Below, piece by piece: positions 13,586-27,033 of a DNA stretch of 64,000 nucleotides. Each line of letters starts with the position of its first letter. The stretch's first letter is position 1. The notes under the pieces were generated by a model that saw only the letters and a program-made list of their open reading frames with translations, did no database searches and was not told the DNA's origin. The DNA is from Diadema antillarum (Eukaryota): NCBI RefSeq assembly GCF_040938485.1, contig NW_027271696.1, forward strand, positions 1,550,001 to 1,614,000. The letters run 5' to 3'. Both the position numbers and the translations under genes were made by a program.

Positions 13586-14301
13586 CCATAGAAATCAAGA
13601 CAGGGTCAAGCAAAACATTCATGGCAACATATTAGAGTGTAGGTTCCAAAACATGCCTGTAGATCTACTGTTGTAACCTTTGAGTGAATCAAATTTGTAC
13701 TTTAACAAGAAATTGATGTATACCTAGGATTGGAAGAATGGCCTTTGGTCTCTCATGTTGTCATTTTGCTGTTGTTTTTACATCTCTCAGATAAACATAT
13801 AGCAGTAGTTCAATGCATTGGCAAGCAAAAATCTTACATTCAGTGAATAACTGTCTAGTCAAGAGAAAGGTTAAAGGTACTGTCTACCATTGGGAGCAGT
13901 GATTTAAAAAATGTTCGAGTTATCACATTTGATGCATGTTATATGTGTAAGTCAGTTGTATCACGAAACATTGTACCATATGACAATTTGGCAATAAAGC
14001 CTAACATGTAAGGAGATATCACTGTATTTCTCAATAAACCATAACTGTAGACGGTTTATTTTAGGAACATTTTTATTATAACTATTTTTCACATTTTGTA
14101 TGTCTAACAATACTTAACATTAAATATACTGATTAACATTTTTTACATTGGTTGTTTCTATCCCTAACTCTCATTTTAGAACTATTTAGAAGCACTAAAG
14201 CTGGGTTTTTGTTTCACCTGCACATATGATAAATAATGCCTTTTGAATAAGAAGGACAAAGTACAACAGAATTCTGAGTACTATGAGAGGACAACACCCA
14301 C

Positions 14302-14503
14302 TTTATAGACTCTTCTCCAGCTTTTCTTGTTATCATACAGCATTCTCTTCCACAGCATTCCCACCACTTCTGGAAAGTGTTCATAGGTGAAAGTCTCCCT
14401 GGCAATCTCTGACATCAGTGTGCCATGTGGTCCCCATGCCTCTTCATTTGTGGCTTCACGTACCTTGGCCTCCACTTCACTGTAGTTCATTACCACATTT
14501 GTC
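14302..14503 (-). CDS. CLINT1: CLINT1 exon 2 (ENTH domain)
   Basis: TNVVMNYSEVEAKVREATNEEAWGPHGTLMSEIARETFTYEHFPEVVGMLWKRMLYDNKKSWRRVYK is the ENTH helix series; TTGTAG acceptor, GTGGGT donor, 202 nt. Confidence 0.96.
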
Positions 14504-15005
14504 CTACAACAGAAAGAAGAATTCACGATATTGATCAGCTGTGTAATATCTTGGTGCACTGGATACAATTTGACAACTATCAGTTAAATACAGACTGAAT
14601 GTTAGAGGACTAGTTATGGGGAAAAAAAAATCACTGAAATCTCATGCTAGATTCTCAGTACATACAAAATATAATACTGATGTCAGCAGGTGGTGATTGA
14701 GACATTCCCATTTACAAAGCATTACATGTGCCTGATGATCCTCACTACATGGAAGAGATAAACCAGATATATTTAATGTCCCAAGCACCACTACTCCAGT
14801 ACAGTATGTAAAACAATTCACCGACATTGTACACCGACATGTATAATTTCATTTGATAGAAAATGTAGACACAGAAAACAATTTAATATTCAATTTCTCA
14901 AGGGAAAATGCACCACCTGGGTCGTAAGGTAGAATAAATACAGCTGTGAACAGGTATGCAAAATGTGTTCATAACAGACCAATTCTTGCCATACTGTAAA
15001 CTTAA

Positions 15006-15561
15006 AGGACAAGTCCACCTTCATAGACATGTGGGTTGAGTGAATGTAGCAATATTAGTAGAACACATCAGTGAGAGTTTGAGCAAAATCGGACAATCCG
15101 TTCAAAAGTTATGAATTTTTTTAATTTCTGCTCAGTCACGGCTGGATGAAAAGACTATAGTTTGTGATGTCACATGAGTACAATGATTTAAAGAAAGAAT
15201 AAAGAAAATTCAACATATTTCCATTTTTCTCGCATAACAAAAGAACACTCGACTTCTCTCTTTCAGAAGGTAGGGGGAATAATATTACCCTTAACATACG
15301 TCAGTAGCAAGTCGAAGAAATGTGCACTTTATTCAAAAAGTAAAGTTTTGTGAAATTCTCTTTTTATTTTCCTTATATAGTTGTACGCCTGTGATATCAT
15401 ACACTGTAATAATCTTCTATTCCAGCAGTGACGGCGCAGATACTTAAAATATTCGTAACTTTTGAACGGATTGTCCAATTTTCCTCAAACTTTCACTGAT
15501 GTGTTCTACTAATATTGCTGCATTCTCTCAATTCTTATGTATATGAAGGTGGACTTGTCCT
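15006..15561. mobile_element. Kolobok-like MITE
   Basis: TTAA|AGGACAAGTCCACCTTCAT...ATGAAGGTGGACTTGTCCT|TTAA; decayed relative near 42655-42903. Confidence 0.8.
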
Positions 15562-15720
15562 TTAATAAAGAAACTGGGGCATGCGATTGTTTGTCTTCAT
15601 TTTCAACTCTTGCCATTAGGTAATCACAATTTGTCAAAATCATGACATCATTACATCATTTTAGAAGCACTACGACTGTGGCATAAAGAGGCTGTCAGTA
15701 ACAATTAGGCAGTCTCACTG

Positions 15721-16000
15721 GTTACAGCTCGTTATTCCGAAGGTTCGATATTCTGAGGGCTCTTCATTCCTAAGATTCGTTATTCCGAAGGTTCGTTGTT
15801 CCGAATTTCATTTTCGGATTGGCCAATCTTCGGAATAACGAACCTTCGGAATAACGCCACAAATTTTCGGATTAACGAACCCTTTTTCATTTTCCGATTA
15901 ACGAACCTGTAGGTATAGGGAATTTGCGTGTTTCGGATTAAGGACCCTTCGGATTAACGAACCTTCGGAATAGCAAACCTTCGGAATAACGAACAGCACC
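15721..16000. mobile_element. MITE built from TTCGGAATAACGAACC subrepeats in inverted arms
   Basis: Repeated CGTTATTCCGAAGGTTCG on the left and its reverse complement on the right. Confidence 0.65.
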
Positions 16001-17993
16001 CGTCTCATCAGCAGCACTGATATCAGTTGAGTGTACTTTCCTCATTTCTTTGAAGATATGTAAAATTTCTTTTAAAAAAAATCTAAAACAAACAAAGATC
16101 TGGCACAAACAGTGTACCTGAAACTTTACTTCTGATAACATTGCCACCACACATATCACTTTTGACAGAGACAGTGACAGCTGGTTGACAGGGAACTTTG
16201 CTTGTCCACTAATACCTAATCCAAGCAGCTGTAAGTACACGTTCACAGTAACTGGGCAGGTAAATAACATTTGACTTTAAGTATTCATTACAAGCATGCA
16301 TATAGACTGAGGTTACAAATATTCTACACTTATATTATCTTGATTGTGACGCTTTTTAAAATAAATAACAACTGCATTCGCCGACGATCAGTTACCAGCA
16401 TGCTAGAAGTCCTGCTATGCAATTAGTATGAGTCTACCGTGTTGTAATATTAGTGTGCTAACGAGCTGGTACACTTGTAGCTGTGTCTTTTTCCATGAAA
16501 ATTCCACCAAAATCTTTGATATTTTTTAAAGCTTGTAAGCACACTGTAGATCTACCATATTTTTTTCAACTATTTAAGTTTAAATTACCTGATCTAACAT
16601 TGGGACTGTGACTTACATCTAGACACACAGAATAGACGTAATCCCTTGATTATGTAGTCCAGAGAGAGTGAAGTAGATCTAGGAGTCTACCTCAACTGGA
16701 CGTCTTTAGGGACAGTGCAGTGGTTAAACATTCCCCAACATTTAACCCGACCAGACGACGTGCAAAGCATTGCACTTGTGTTCAGTGACAGGGCTGTCGT
16801 AGTTACCCCCAACATAATCCCGGGGCGCTGCTGTAACCAGTGGTCGCCACTATGTTAATAGCAATGCGGTTACCCCCCACAGTGGTGTCTATGAGTACCG
16901 GTACTAGACCCCTATACGACTCGCTGAGACTGTGAGAGGCATCTGTCTGTCTCAGTGATAGCGAAAAAACTGTCAAAAGATGTCTAGATTCTATCTACAA
17001 TCAAAGGCATCTGGAGATCTGGATTTTTCTGGTCGTCACGTACGTTGTCAAGTTGTCAAGTTGTCAAAAAATGTTACTTATTTAGATCTAAACTCCTCCA
17101 AACGAATAGATTTTGCAATCTATCCGATTAGTTCTAAGCCTAGGCCCTACCTATCTTAACTCTTTACGTGCCATGGTGGAAACCCCCTGTGTGCCACGTT
17201 ATTCTGAGACGCGAAGGTAGTCATGCTTTGAGAAAGAATTCGTTTTTTCCAATTTGTATAACTTCTACAAGTTTCTGTTAAGGTGGACACAATAGTGAGC
17301 TACGTTAAAGAGGAATGCCAAATTTTCCTTCGATGTAAATTGTATGACAAATCTATTTCCAATTTTTCTTTTGAATGACCAGTTGCTACATTACTGTAAA
17401 GGCATGACTTTTGCACATAAAACCCTAACAGAAACTTAGAATGTACGTACGCAAGTCTAGTTGGGCATACCGCTTGATAGTTAATCACCACATAGAATGC
17501 AAGCCGTATGTGAGAGGAACAAAAGCGCGAGAAACGCTTTCATTGTGCCACGGGATTAGCGATTTATCGATCGGTTGAAGCGGCTTTGTGTGTTGAGTAG
17601 AATATGCAAAGTTGGCACGCCGTCGACTGAGTCGGACATGCAAACGTGGCATATAAAGAGTTAATCTTAATCTAACATCATCACCTACCATTAAGTAGCC
17701 ATTACCATGGCATGAAGTCGCCATTCGTTCATGCCCTTGTCACTGTTTGTCCTTCTCGTGCTATATTATTTCATGTGTATGACTCTTCTTTACGTTAAGT
17801 CAAAAGTAAAAAAATATGTCCTTCTGTCAAAGTGAATATGTGTGGCTGGGAAGATAAACAAATGTGTTTGAATTCGGTAAATATGTTTGACACACACACA
17901 CTACATAGAGAGTGTGCTCACGTGACAGGTCAGGCACGTCCACTTTTTCATAGGGGGAGGCGATATTTTTAAAGGAAAGTTAGTTAAAACATA

Positions 17994-18649
17994 TGTGACC
18001 CGCTACAACAAAAGGATCCTAAAGTCGCTGACGGCTGAGCCGAGAAAATCCATTTTGAAGTCACATCATCAAAATTGGTCAAAACAATCAGATTTTTGTC
18101 TTTGGCATAATTTTGTATTGTAATGTTTTGTCTATCATCTGCCAAAATTTCGAAGCGAAATGATCAAAGGAAAGGCTAGAAATCAGCGTTTTTCTGGGCC
18201 ATGATTTTCCGACTTTCAACGTAACAGAAACGTGTCCGAAATTTTTGATTTAGGGCCGGAGCTAGACTCCGCTCCTAGCAATGAGGGGTGATCTTATTGG
18301 TCAGTGCGTGGCATCCTGATTACTGATTGGTCGTGCGTAGACCGCTGGCGCTAAGCTTGAATCAACATCGTGGAGGTTGCTAGGAACATACCTTCTATTG
18401 TCAAGCGGTGAAAACTGTCTGAAAACTGCAGCGTGGGAAGGAAAACTTTATGCCTTTTTTTCTTGATACTCTGATTTCCACAAGCACTTGACATGCGCAA
18501 ATAAAATCATTGATATCTCCGCAACCGAATACTTTTATGAGTCATGTTATGTATGACATAAAAGTGGAAGAGTTAGGTAATAATGTCCTGTCATTTTCAG
18601 AAGATTTTCCTCCTTCGACTTTCGGATCCTTTTGTTGTAGCGGGTCACA
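17994..18649. mobile_element. Unclassified TIR element (TGTGACC...GGTCACA, TA-flanked)
   Basis: TIR TGTGACCCGCTACAACAAAAGGATCC matches its reverse complement at the right end. Confidence 0.8.
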
Positions 18650-19370
18650 TATATCATATTGAACTTTGGCATTTACAGCACTGGGTCGAACCATTTAATG
18701 ATGGGTGTGTTTTGAAAAATAAGAGAAAATAAGGGTGGCTGACAGAATGATTGTCCGATGGCGACCCTATGAGAGTAACTGGCGAATGGCAAATTGCATG
18801 TGTTGTGTGTGCATCGGTGCTGGATTAAAAACCCGAGGGCACGTACGCACAGCTGGGTCTGATGCAGACTGTGCATTAACATGTGCTCCACTCAACGCTA
18901 GCAGTAGTACTCTCGTCGGGTCGCCAGATGGAAAATACCATAAACATGTTTTCCCATAAATTTATGAGTTGTTTTCATCACAAACTGCATGGAAGAGAAA
19001 GGTGAGAATTTTAATTTTCACATAACGAGATCATCAAAGGATGAAATATCAGTTTTACCTGTTATTTTCAATAATCTTTATAAAAAGTGGCAACTTCATG
19101 GTAATTGATGTTAGGTGAATCTAGTAATTGTACTAATAGTATCAATCATGACACCATGACCATATGTGTTTAAATTAAATTTACTATTCAATACAAAAAG
19201 TAGCTTGCATCCTTACTACCTTAGTTTTACAGTACAAATCAACACAGCTCAGGCAAGCACTATCACTTTAATGACTAACTGTTAGGACCTTGGACGGACC
19301 TAACGTTCAACAAATTGTTGTCTACAAGTCAATATAATGCGCAGTTTTGATGGATTTGAATTAACGTCAA

Positions 19371-19837
19371 TTACCGCTAAGTCGCCACTTGCGTGTATAA
19401 ATTCCTATATGCACTCCCTTGTTGGCGAACTAACGATAGGCACTGTAGTTCGCCGCCCATAGCGCGCCACGTACTATTAGCGGATGTGTTATAGAAACTT
19501 ACACACACTTCAATGTAGGATACATTATTCACTAATTGTGCATCTTCATGTTTTAAAAACTTTGTTAATCTGCCACCTGAAATCAATTCGAAATCAAAAA
19601 CATTCTCGCATTAAAAATGGTTTTGTCACCTAGGTGACCAAGACATTAGACATACATATGGTAAGATACATTGGGATTACAATTAACCATTATTTGTGTT
19701 TTATGGAGGAAAAAGGTAAATTAGGAATGTCTTTTTGAATTTGAGAGTGATGAAAATCCGTCGCCCCAGCTGGATCTCCGATCATGGCGCGCGCTACATG
19801 CGATGTGAATGTCTGGGCTCTGGCGACTTAATGGTAA
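19371..19837. mobile_element. Decayed element with about 17-bp inverted ends
   Basis: TTACCGCTAAGTCGCCA versus TGGCGACTTAATGGTAA. Confidence 0.4.
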
Positions 19838-21163
19838 CCAACGTTCGAGTGAATATTTGTGCTGAGTAATTAGTAAGCTGTGCATGTTACATGTGTAGTG
19901 GTGGTTACCCTACTGACTCTGTGGATGTGGCCCAACTGATCTTTGAAAATAGTGTGTCACCTGTTTATTGCTGTGCCTGTGATGTGGCAAGGTGGAGTGC
20001 TAACTGCGACCAGCCCCAACACGCAGTGTTGGGGCTGCGCATTGTAGCAGACATGATCATGACAGGCGAAGTATAGCGCCTAAAAATCAATATGAAATCG
20101 CAAAAATTCTGCAATATGAAGACTTACAAGTGAAGATGTAATGTTGAAGACTGACTGCGTTCAACTTTTGGTTCTGGCAATAGTCCCTTTCTGCTCGGTT
20201 TGATGAGTTAAATGCGACTCGGTCGAGAGGAACTCGGGAGAACCACATCTTATACAGTCAATGGATTTGAGATTTGTGCGCATGCGCTGGCCGTCAAGTC
20301 GTGTAGCTTTGTGGCAAGGCCTTATCATACTGTTGGCAAACCCTCTCGCTGTATATTGCGTTGCTTTCTGGGTGGGTGCGCGCGCGCACGCCTTGTCAAA
20401 AGGCTAAACGCATTGCGACTCCGCCAGCACATGAATATTTACGTGCGCAGTGTACTGCATACTGATTTCGAAAATGGTGAATGGGATGGGGAGCTAGGAC
20501 TACGGACCCGTATATGGCCGTGAAAAAAACGTTTTTTCAAGATCATTGGACCAGTGTGAACAAGAACAAGGTGAACGAAGGGTATAAATTAGATAAGAAT
20601 CTTATGTATACTATAAAAGTACGTTTTTTCCTCGTGATATTCGAAACCTACGGAGGTGCGAAAATCTGTGACAGACTGTGTATGTTTTTCAAGCTTACCG
20701 ATATAGCACTCTATTGACTCAGGACGCTCCCACAGTGTGTAACTGTGTATACGGAGCGTCCCGGGGTTAGGTGGAGTGCCTACACAGGCTACACCGTACA
20801 GTGAAAGTCGACGTTACAATGAATGTTCACGTACAATTACTGGACGACGATCCTAGTAAATATCCACGAAGATGGTCACACAGGCAATTGTCGAAGGATA
20901 GCTAACCAAACTGTCAGTCCCTATTATCATACTACGAGATGCGGCTCTACAACTAAGTAACAGTACACTACAGCCTACAGGTATGTCTAGTACTACATGC
21001 TACATAGGCGTTCCACTATAAGTATGTCAAGGGTTTGGTTTCGGTCTCGCTGACGTACAACTTATCTGAGTAGGCCTACGGCGTATTGCTAGCAACGGGA
21101 ACCAACCAACAGATAGGAGAAACACCGGCCACCGGCGTATGGATAGCATATTGTTTCACTTAC

Positions 21164-21207
21164 ACTTTATCCGTCAGTTCACGGATTTTCCACATAGCCG
21201 ACTGCAT
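21164..21207 (-). CDS. CLINT1: Clathrin interactor 1 / epsinR, coding exon 1
   Basis: Reads MQSAMWKIRELTDK(V), then GT|GTAAGT donor in phase 2; matches the known epsinR N-terminus pattern MWKxRELxDK and joins in frame to 14503. Confidence 0.92.
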
Positions 21208-22600
21208 GATGATAGGGTAGGTAGTATCTTTCAGGAAAGCTTAAAATAAAGTGGAAATAATGACTCTTCTTGCGGATGAAGTACGATTTCCAAAACAGGA
21301 ATTTCAAAGTGGGCGTACACACAAATTAACAGCCGTCCGAGCTTGCGATGCGGCGGTGCTGATATATGCGATTGAGCTGCCTGTTTTTCCCACAATGTAT
21401 AGCTAGCTATCGGCTAGCTGCGTGCGGTACGCGTTTACTACCCGTACGCTGCGCTGCGGATCCGCCGACGGTCGCTACGTCATCACGAAGTTGATCGGAT
21501 CCGTGACCCACGACTGACCTTGCACAAACCAAAAAACTGCAAGTTGGCTGCGCGCTTCTCTCAGTACATAGGACTAGGAGTGTGACTGCAATGTGTGTGT
21601 GCCTGCTCGCGCGCTACACGTGTCCCCACTTCGTCGGTACGATGGTACAAGAGTGTGGCTTCGCATATTGATGCCAGGAGTGGAAAACACTGAAAACAAA
21701 ACATAAACATCACTATAAGTACGGCAAAAAATATTACAAAAATAAATTTATCATTGCTTACAAACTTTTATAAAGTCTTACGTAATAAATACAATTATAT
21801 TGATATCTATTTTATGAAATAATTACTTTTAGACGACTAGGAATATTCTAACTGTAAACATAACACGGTAACACTCGCACGCTGACGTTAGCACATGGAC
21901 CGCGCATCACAAAATCTCTGCACAGAACTTGACGATTCTGTGTGGTGGGTGCATGCAGCGTGCAGCTTCTAGTAACATGTTAGGTGATTACACCACATGA
22001 CACCAATAAGTAAAAGGAACAGTGTATGTTTGTGCAGTGCAGTGTTCAGAATTGATAACTTCCAATATACTGTAAAACCTCGTGTTCAGAGAAACTGTCG
22101 TCGCTATACTGACCTTTTGTTTAGTTTGATGAAAGAGCTAACTGTGAGTGCAATTTGACGTTATTTTGTATCATCCACTCTTGATCTAGACATTTTATTT
22201 TGACTAGAAACTTTGGTCTTTGACTTAACTCGCTCGGTATTCATTTGTCCAGCAACCCTCGCCTCGCGACGCGATCAACGTGCAACTTTTGGTATTACAT
22301 TGATAATAGACCCAAGTTGGAGAGCTGCTTGTAGACCTGTCATGGGGCATGGGGCCGTGTTACTGATTTTTGTTGCAGTTACTACAGAACTACCCACAAC
22401 TGATTGTGTAGCATCATGTGCTATGTGTGCGTAGTGACTGCAGCCATGCTGCTGCTGGTACATGGTTCCTGGTGGCGAAGCGTACTGCTACTGGTGAAGA
22501 GAGGGGTGGGGCGGGGTCGTCGGTTTCAGAGGTCGGGAAATCCCCTCATTCAAAGTGGGCGTGGTTGGATGAGGTTGGGATGAGCATGGACCTACAGTAG
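21208..22600. promoter_or_regulatory. Probable shared promoter region of CLINT1 and MGMT
   Basis: CpG-rich stretches (about 21330-21660 and 22230-22560) between divergent start codons; start sites not determinable. Confidence 0.45.
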
Positions 22601-23363
22601 GTCCATGGGATGAGCTAGGATTTGAAATGGATTGGTAAACAGTGTAGGGCCTACTAGACACTTTCTAACAGTAGATTGTCTGTCTAGGACTATTGCTTAT
22701 TACTAGGTTGGAGGAAAAGGTCCATTACACAATGTAATACTGAAGCTTGATTAGAAAGTGTTAGTGACAGCAGAGAAATGAGAGAATTAGTCATCACTAC
22801 ATCAGCTGTTGCTCGATCCATACCCTATCATGGTTTCCTGTAGGCGCCTACATGTTTAACGTTATTACTTGATAGCAGTATTAGGCAACGAAGAATAAAG
22901 AAGACATTCTGGATTTTAACAATTTTAAAGCGTATTATCAGAGGAAATGTTGAAATCTTAGAACCTCCATAAAAATTAAAATGAAACTTGTTGGTATATG
23001 TTACAGAACAAGTCCTTTCATTTTTTCCCTTCAGATCTTGTTTTCAATATTTTTAACATTTTTAATAAATTGCTGCATTGCTGCAGATGTCGTATTTAGA
23101 CAGCAACTGGTCTGTGTATAGTTAAATTGCTGCCAAAGATATTGACAGGGACAGTGAACTGCTACCTGCTCAGTTTGTTGTGATTGAGGAATGATGCATA
23201 TTTGAACAGAAACAGTCTTTAATTGTCAAAACAGTTTATTAACTCCTGCAATTAGAATGCAATATTCTCTGCAGCACAAAGCGTGGGTATACAAAGGAGA
23301 GATTATAATTCTTCTTTCTTCTTCTCTGAAACCTCCCAGGTATAAATATGAGTTCTGTTGCAG

Positions 23364-23393
23364 ATATCGCATCTCTCTGACTTCATCTACAAG
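23364..23393 (+). other. Candidate 30-nt 5' UTR exon of MGMT
   Basis: TTGCAG acceptor and AAG|GTATGT donor, 108 nt upstream of the CACACAG|GATG acceptor of the first coding exon. Confidence 0.45.
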
Positions 23394-23502
23394 GTATGTG
23401 GATTTTTGTCATGCAATGCCTCATTTTTGAATCACAGTCTGCCTTTTCTTTTTACATGTTGGGATATATTGTGGGCCAGACTGCAGAGACACACTACACA
23501 GG

Positions 23503-23642
23503 ATGCCGTTAAAAACAGTATGCACGCTATCATCATTTGTCTTGGCCACACCTGTTGGTCATGTGACCGTGTCAGGATGTCCCAAGGGTGTGCATAAGAT
23601 CTGCATGGCGGCTCCAAAGGCTCTCCCTCAGCTGAATGCTAA
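23503..23642 (+). CDS. MGMT: O6-methylguanine-DNA methyltransferase, coding exon 1
   Basis: MPLKTVCTLSSFVLATPVGHVTVSGCPKGVHKICM..., comparable to the SPLGxxxxSGCxxGxHxI N-terminal MGMT motif; AA|GTGAGT donor. Confidence 0.88.
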
Positions 23643-24064
23643 GTGAGTCCCGAGTGTATGTAGCCATACATTGTAGGTTGAATACATTGATGGGTGCAAC
23701 TGATAAGAGTGATAACTTGTAATGACATTCAGTATATCCTGAAAGTGGTTTTAATTTCAATTACCAATAAAAGCGTTCAATCTCGCTACATCTTGAGTAT
23801 AAATAACTAAGTGGAGTTTGGGCATTGTCACTCTTACTGATGTTCTTGCACTTATTATTGTTACTATGAGTGTTCTCTTTTTAGTATTGTCAACAATATT
23901 ATTCTTTTTTTTACCAGTTTGAATTATCACCATTGTTATTATTCAACGGACTTATGTACTATGATCAACATTATGTGTGAGGTGTATTTTGTCAGGAGAT
24001 ATGTGCTACAAAGATTATTGAAAGTTTGTTGAAATCATCTGCATGATCTTGCTTTTCTCAAATA

Positions 24065-24241
24065 CAGTGCACTCCCATTATAACGAACATGGAAATGACG
24101 AAATTCCGCTTACAATGAAATAAAAATTCAGCCCGCAACTTTATCTTTTTTCATTGTTTATTTGTTTGGTTATAACGAAATTTCAATATAACAAAAGAAA
24201 ACTGCCGGTCCCAAGGACTTTGTTACAATGGGAGTCCACTC
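24065..24241. mobile_element. Short copy of the CAGTGCACTCCC MITE family
   Basis: CAGTGCACTCCCATTATAACG...TTACAATGGGAGTCCACT; other copies at 35445-35630, 36890-37081, 40495-40677. Confidence 0.75.
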
Positions 24242-24591
24242 TTTTACCTTACAGTATGAGGATTCAAGTTTTGAGAGCCACTAACTTAGGCCTACTATAA
24301 AAGAGTGTGAAAATTAAGTCTGTTCAACTGAAATTACTTGTTATCATACTACATGTACCTGGGTGAATCAAAATCTACATCAATATATAGGCCTCCTATG
24401 GGAACTTGCAAAATGTATACTGGTGGTGTAAATTCAAAAAGACTTGATGTCATGAAAACCAGAGAGAAAGGCAGGCACATGTTTGGGTGTTACTGTACTA
24501 TACATCAAGGAGACATGTCAGTATAAACACAGATCTAGTCAAAGCACCTTTAGCCAGACTAACAAAAAAAAAATGAATAAAAAAATAAAAA

Positions 24592-24595
<4 letters not shown>

Positions 24596-24632
<37 letters not shown>
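24596..24632. repeat. (TA)n microsatellite, left boundary of the array
   Basis: About 18 TA repeats abutting the first unit. Confidence 0.95.
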
Positions 24633-24635
<3 letters not shown>

Positions 24636-27028
24636 AACGAATCAGTAGAAGAAGAACGCCGTAAAAAATAATAATAAATCCTAGATCTTGAAGATCTTAA
24701 AAACGGAGCATAGCTCTCAAATACTGAAAGGCAAGGTCACACTCTTCATCAGTGCCCATGGTGTGACAAAAGATCTTAATCAAACCCGTTTCTGAAACAG
24801 ACATGAAAACACGTCTGATCATGGGCAGACGGATTTTGAAACTCACCTTTCAAAGAAGTCACCGCGCTAAACAGATGGAGGTAGCGCACAGTGTAGTGTC
24901 CATAGTGACGCATCCAATGACGCGTAGTCATGACTGCAAGATGACATGGCAAATCTCCGGCTCCGAAACAGTGAATCTGAAAAGGGCCTCATCGCCAACA
25001 GTCGGAAGAGTAGCAGAAAAAGTACACAGTACAGAAACATAATAAGAAAATTGGTCTGCTCGGCATCTTGATGATGATAAGTAAACGAATCAGTAGAAGA
25101 AGAACGCCGTAAAAAATAATAATAAATCCTAGATCTTGAAGATCTTAAAAACGGAGCATAGCTCTCAAATACTGAAAGGCAAGGTCACACTCTTCATCAG
25201 TGCCCATGGTGTGACAAAAGATCTTAATCAAACCCGTTTCTGAAACAGACATGAAAACACGTCTGATCATGGGCAGACGGATTTTGAAACTCACCTTTCA
25301 AAGAAGTCACCGCGCTAAACAGATGGAGGTAGCGCACAGTGTAGTGTCCATAGTGACGCATCCAATGACGCGTAGTCATGACTGCAAGATGACATGGCAA
25401 ATCTCCGGCTCCAAAACAGTGAATCTGAAAAGGGCCTCATCGCCAACAGTCGGAAGAGTAGCAGAAAAAGTACACAGTACAGAAACGTAATAAGAAAATT
25501 GGTCTGCTCGGCATCTTGATGATAATAAGTAAACGAATCAGTAGAAGAAGAACGCCGTAAAAAATAATAATAAATCCTAGATCTTGAAGATCTTAAAAAC
25601 GGAGCATAGCTCTCAAATACTGAAAGGCAAGGTCACACTCTTCATCAGTGCCCATGGTGTGACAAAAGATCTTAATCAAACCCGTTTCTGAAACAGACAT
25701 GAAAACACGTCTGATCATGGGCAGACGGATTTTGAAACTCACCTTTCAAAGAAGTCACCGCGCTAAACAGATGGAGGTAGCGCACAGTGTAGTGTCCATA
25801 GTGACGCATCCAATGACGCGTAGTCATGACTGCAAGATGACATGGCAAATCTCCGGCTCCAAAACAGTGAATCTGAAAAGGGCCTCATCGCCAACAGTCG
25901 GAAGAGTAGCAGAAAAAGTACACAGTACAGAAACGTAATAAGAAAATTGGTCTGCTCGGCATCTTGATGATAATAAGTAAACGAATCAGTAGAAGAAGAA
26001 CGCCGTAAAAAATAATAATAAATCCTAGATCTTGAAGATCTTAAAAACGGAGCATAGCTCTCAAATACTGAAAGGCAAGGTCACACTCTTCATCAGTGCC
26101 CATGGTGTGACAAAAGATCTTAATCAAACCCGTTTCTGAAACAGACATGAAAACACGTCTGATCATGGGCAGACGGATTTTGAAACTCACCTTTCAAAGA
26201 AGTCACCGCGCTAAACAGATGTAGGTAGCGCACAGTGTAGTGTCCATAGTGACGCATCCATTGACGCGTAGTCATGACTGCAAGATGACATGGCAAATCT
26301 CCGGCTCCAAAACAGTGAATCTGAAAAGGGCCTCATCGCCAACAGTCGGAAGAGTAGCAGAAAAAGTACACAGTACAGAAACGTAATAAGAAAATTGGTG
26401 TGCTCGGCATCTTGATGATAATAAGTAAACGAATCAGTAGAAGAAGAACGCCGTAAAAAATAATAATAAATCCTAGATCTTGAAGATCTTAAAAACGGAG
26501 CATAGCTCTCAAATACTGAAAGGCAAGGTCACACTCTTCATCAGTGCCCATGGTGTGACAAAAGATCTTAATCAAACCCGTTTCTGAAACAGACATGAAA
26601 ACACGTCTGATCATGGGCAGACGGATTTTGAAACTCACCTTTCAAAGAAGTCACCGCGCTAAACAGATGTAGGTAGCGCACAGTGTAGTGTCCATAGTGA
26701 CGCATCCAATGACGGGTAGTCATGACTGCAAGATGACATGGCAAATCTCCGGCTCCAAAACAGTGAATCTGAAAAGGGCCTCATCGCCAACAGTCGGAAG
26801 AGTAGCAGAAAAAGTACACAGTACAGAAACGTAATAAGAAAATTGGTCTGCTCGGCATCTTGATGATAATAAGTAAACGAATCAGTAGAAGAAGAACGCC
26901 GTAAAAAATAATAATAAATCCTAGATCTTGAAGATCTTAAAAACGGAGCATAGCTCTCAAATACTGAAAGGCAAGGTCACACTCTTCATCAGTGCCCATG
27001 GTGTGACAAAAGATCTTAATCAAACCCG
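24633..27028 (+). repeat. 448-bp tandem array, left arm (5 full units plus 156-bp partial)
   Basis: Units start with GTAAACGAATC at 24633, 25081, 25529, 25977, 26425, 26873; only a few substitutions between copies. Confidence 0.97.
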
Positions 27029-27033
27029 GAGAC

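Noticed and set aside
17150-17173. CCACCATGG Kozak start on the minus strand before an AG|GTAGGG donor
   Set aside because: Frame ends in TAG after seven codons, before the donor
24803-25042. 79-aa ORF as a real gene
   Set aside because: No domain, stopped in two units, lies wholly within a repeat
24633-27028. CRISPR array or tRNA/5S-derived repeat
   Set aside because: Units are identical over their whole length with no variable spacers; no B-box or cloverleaf found
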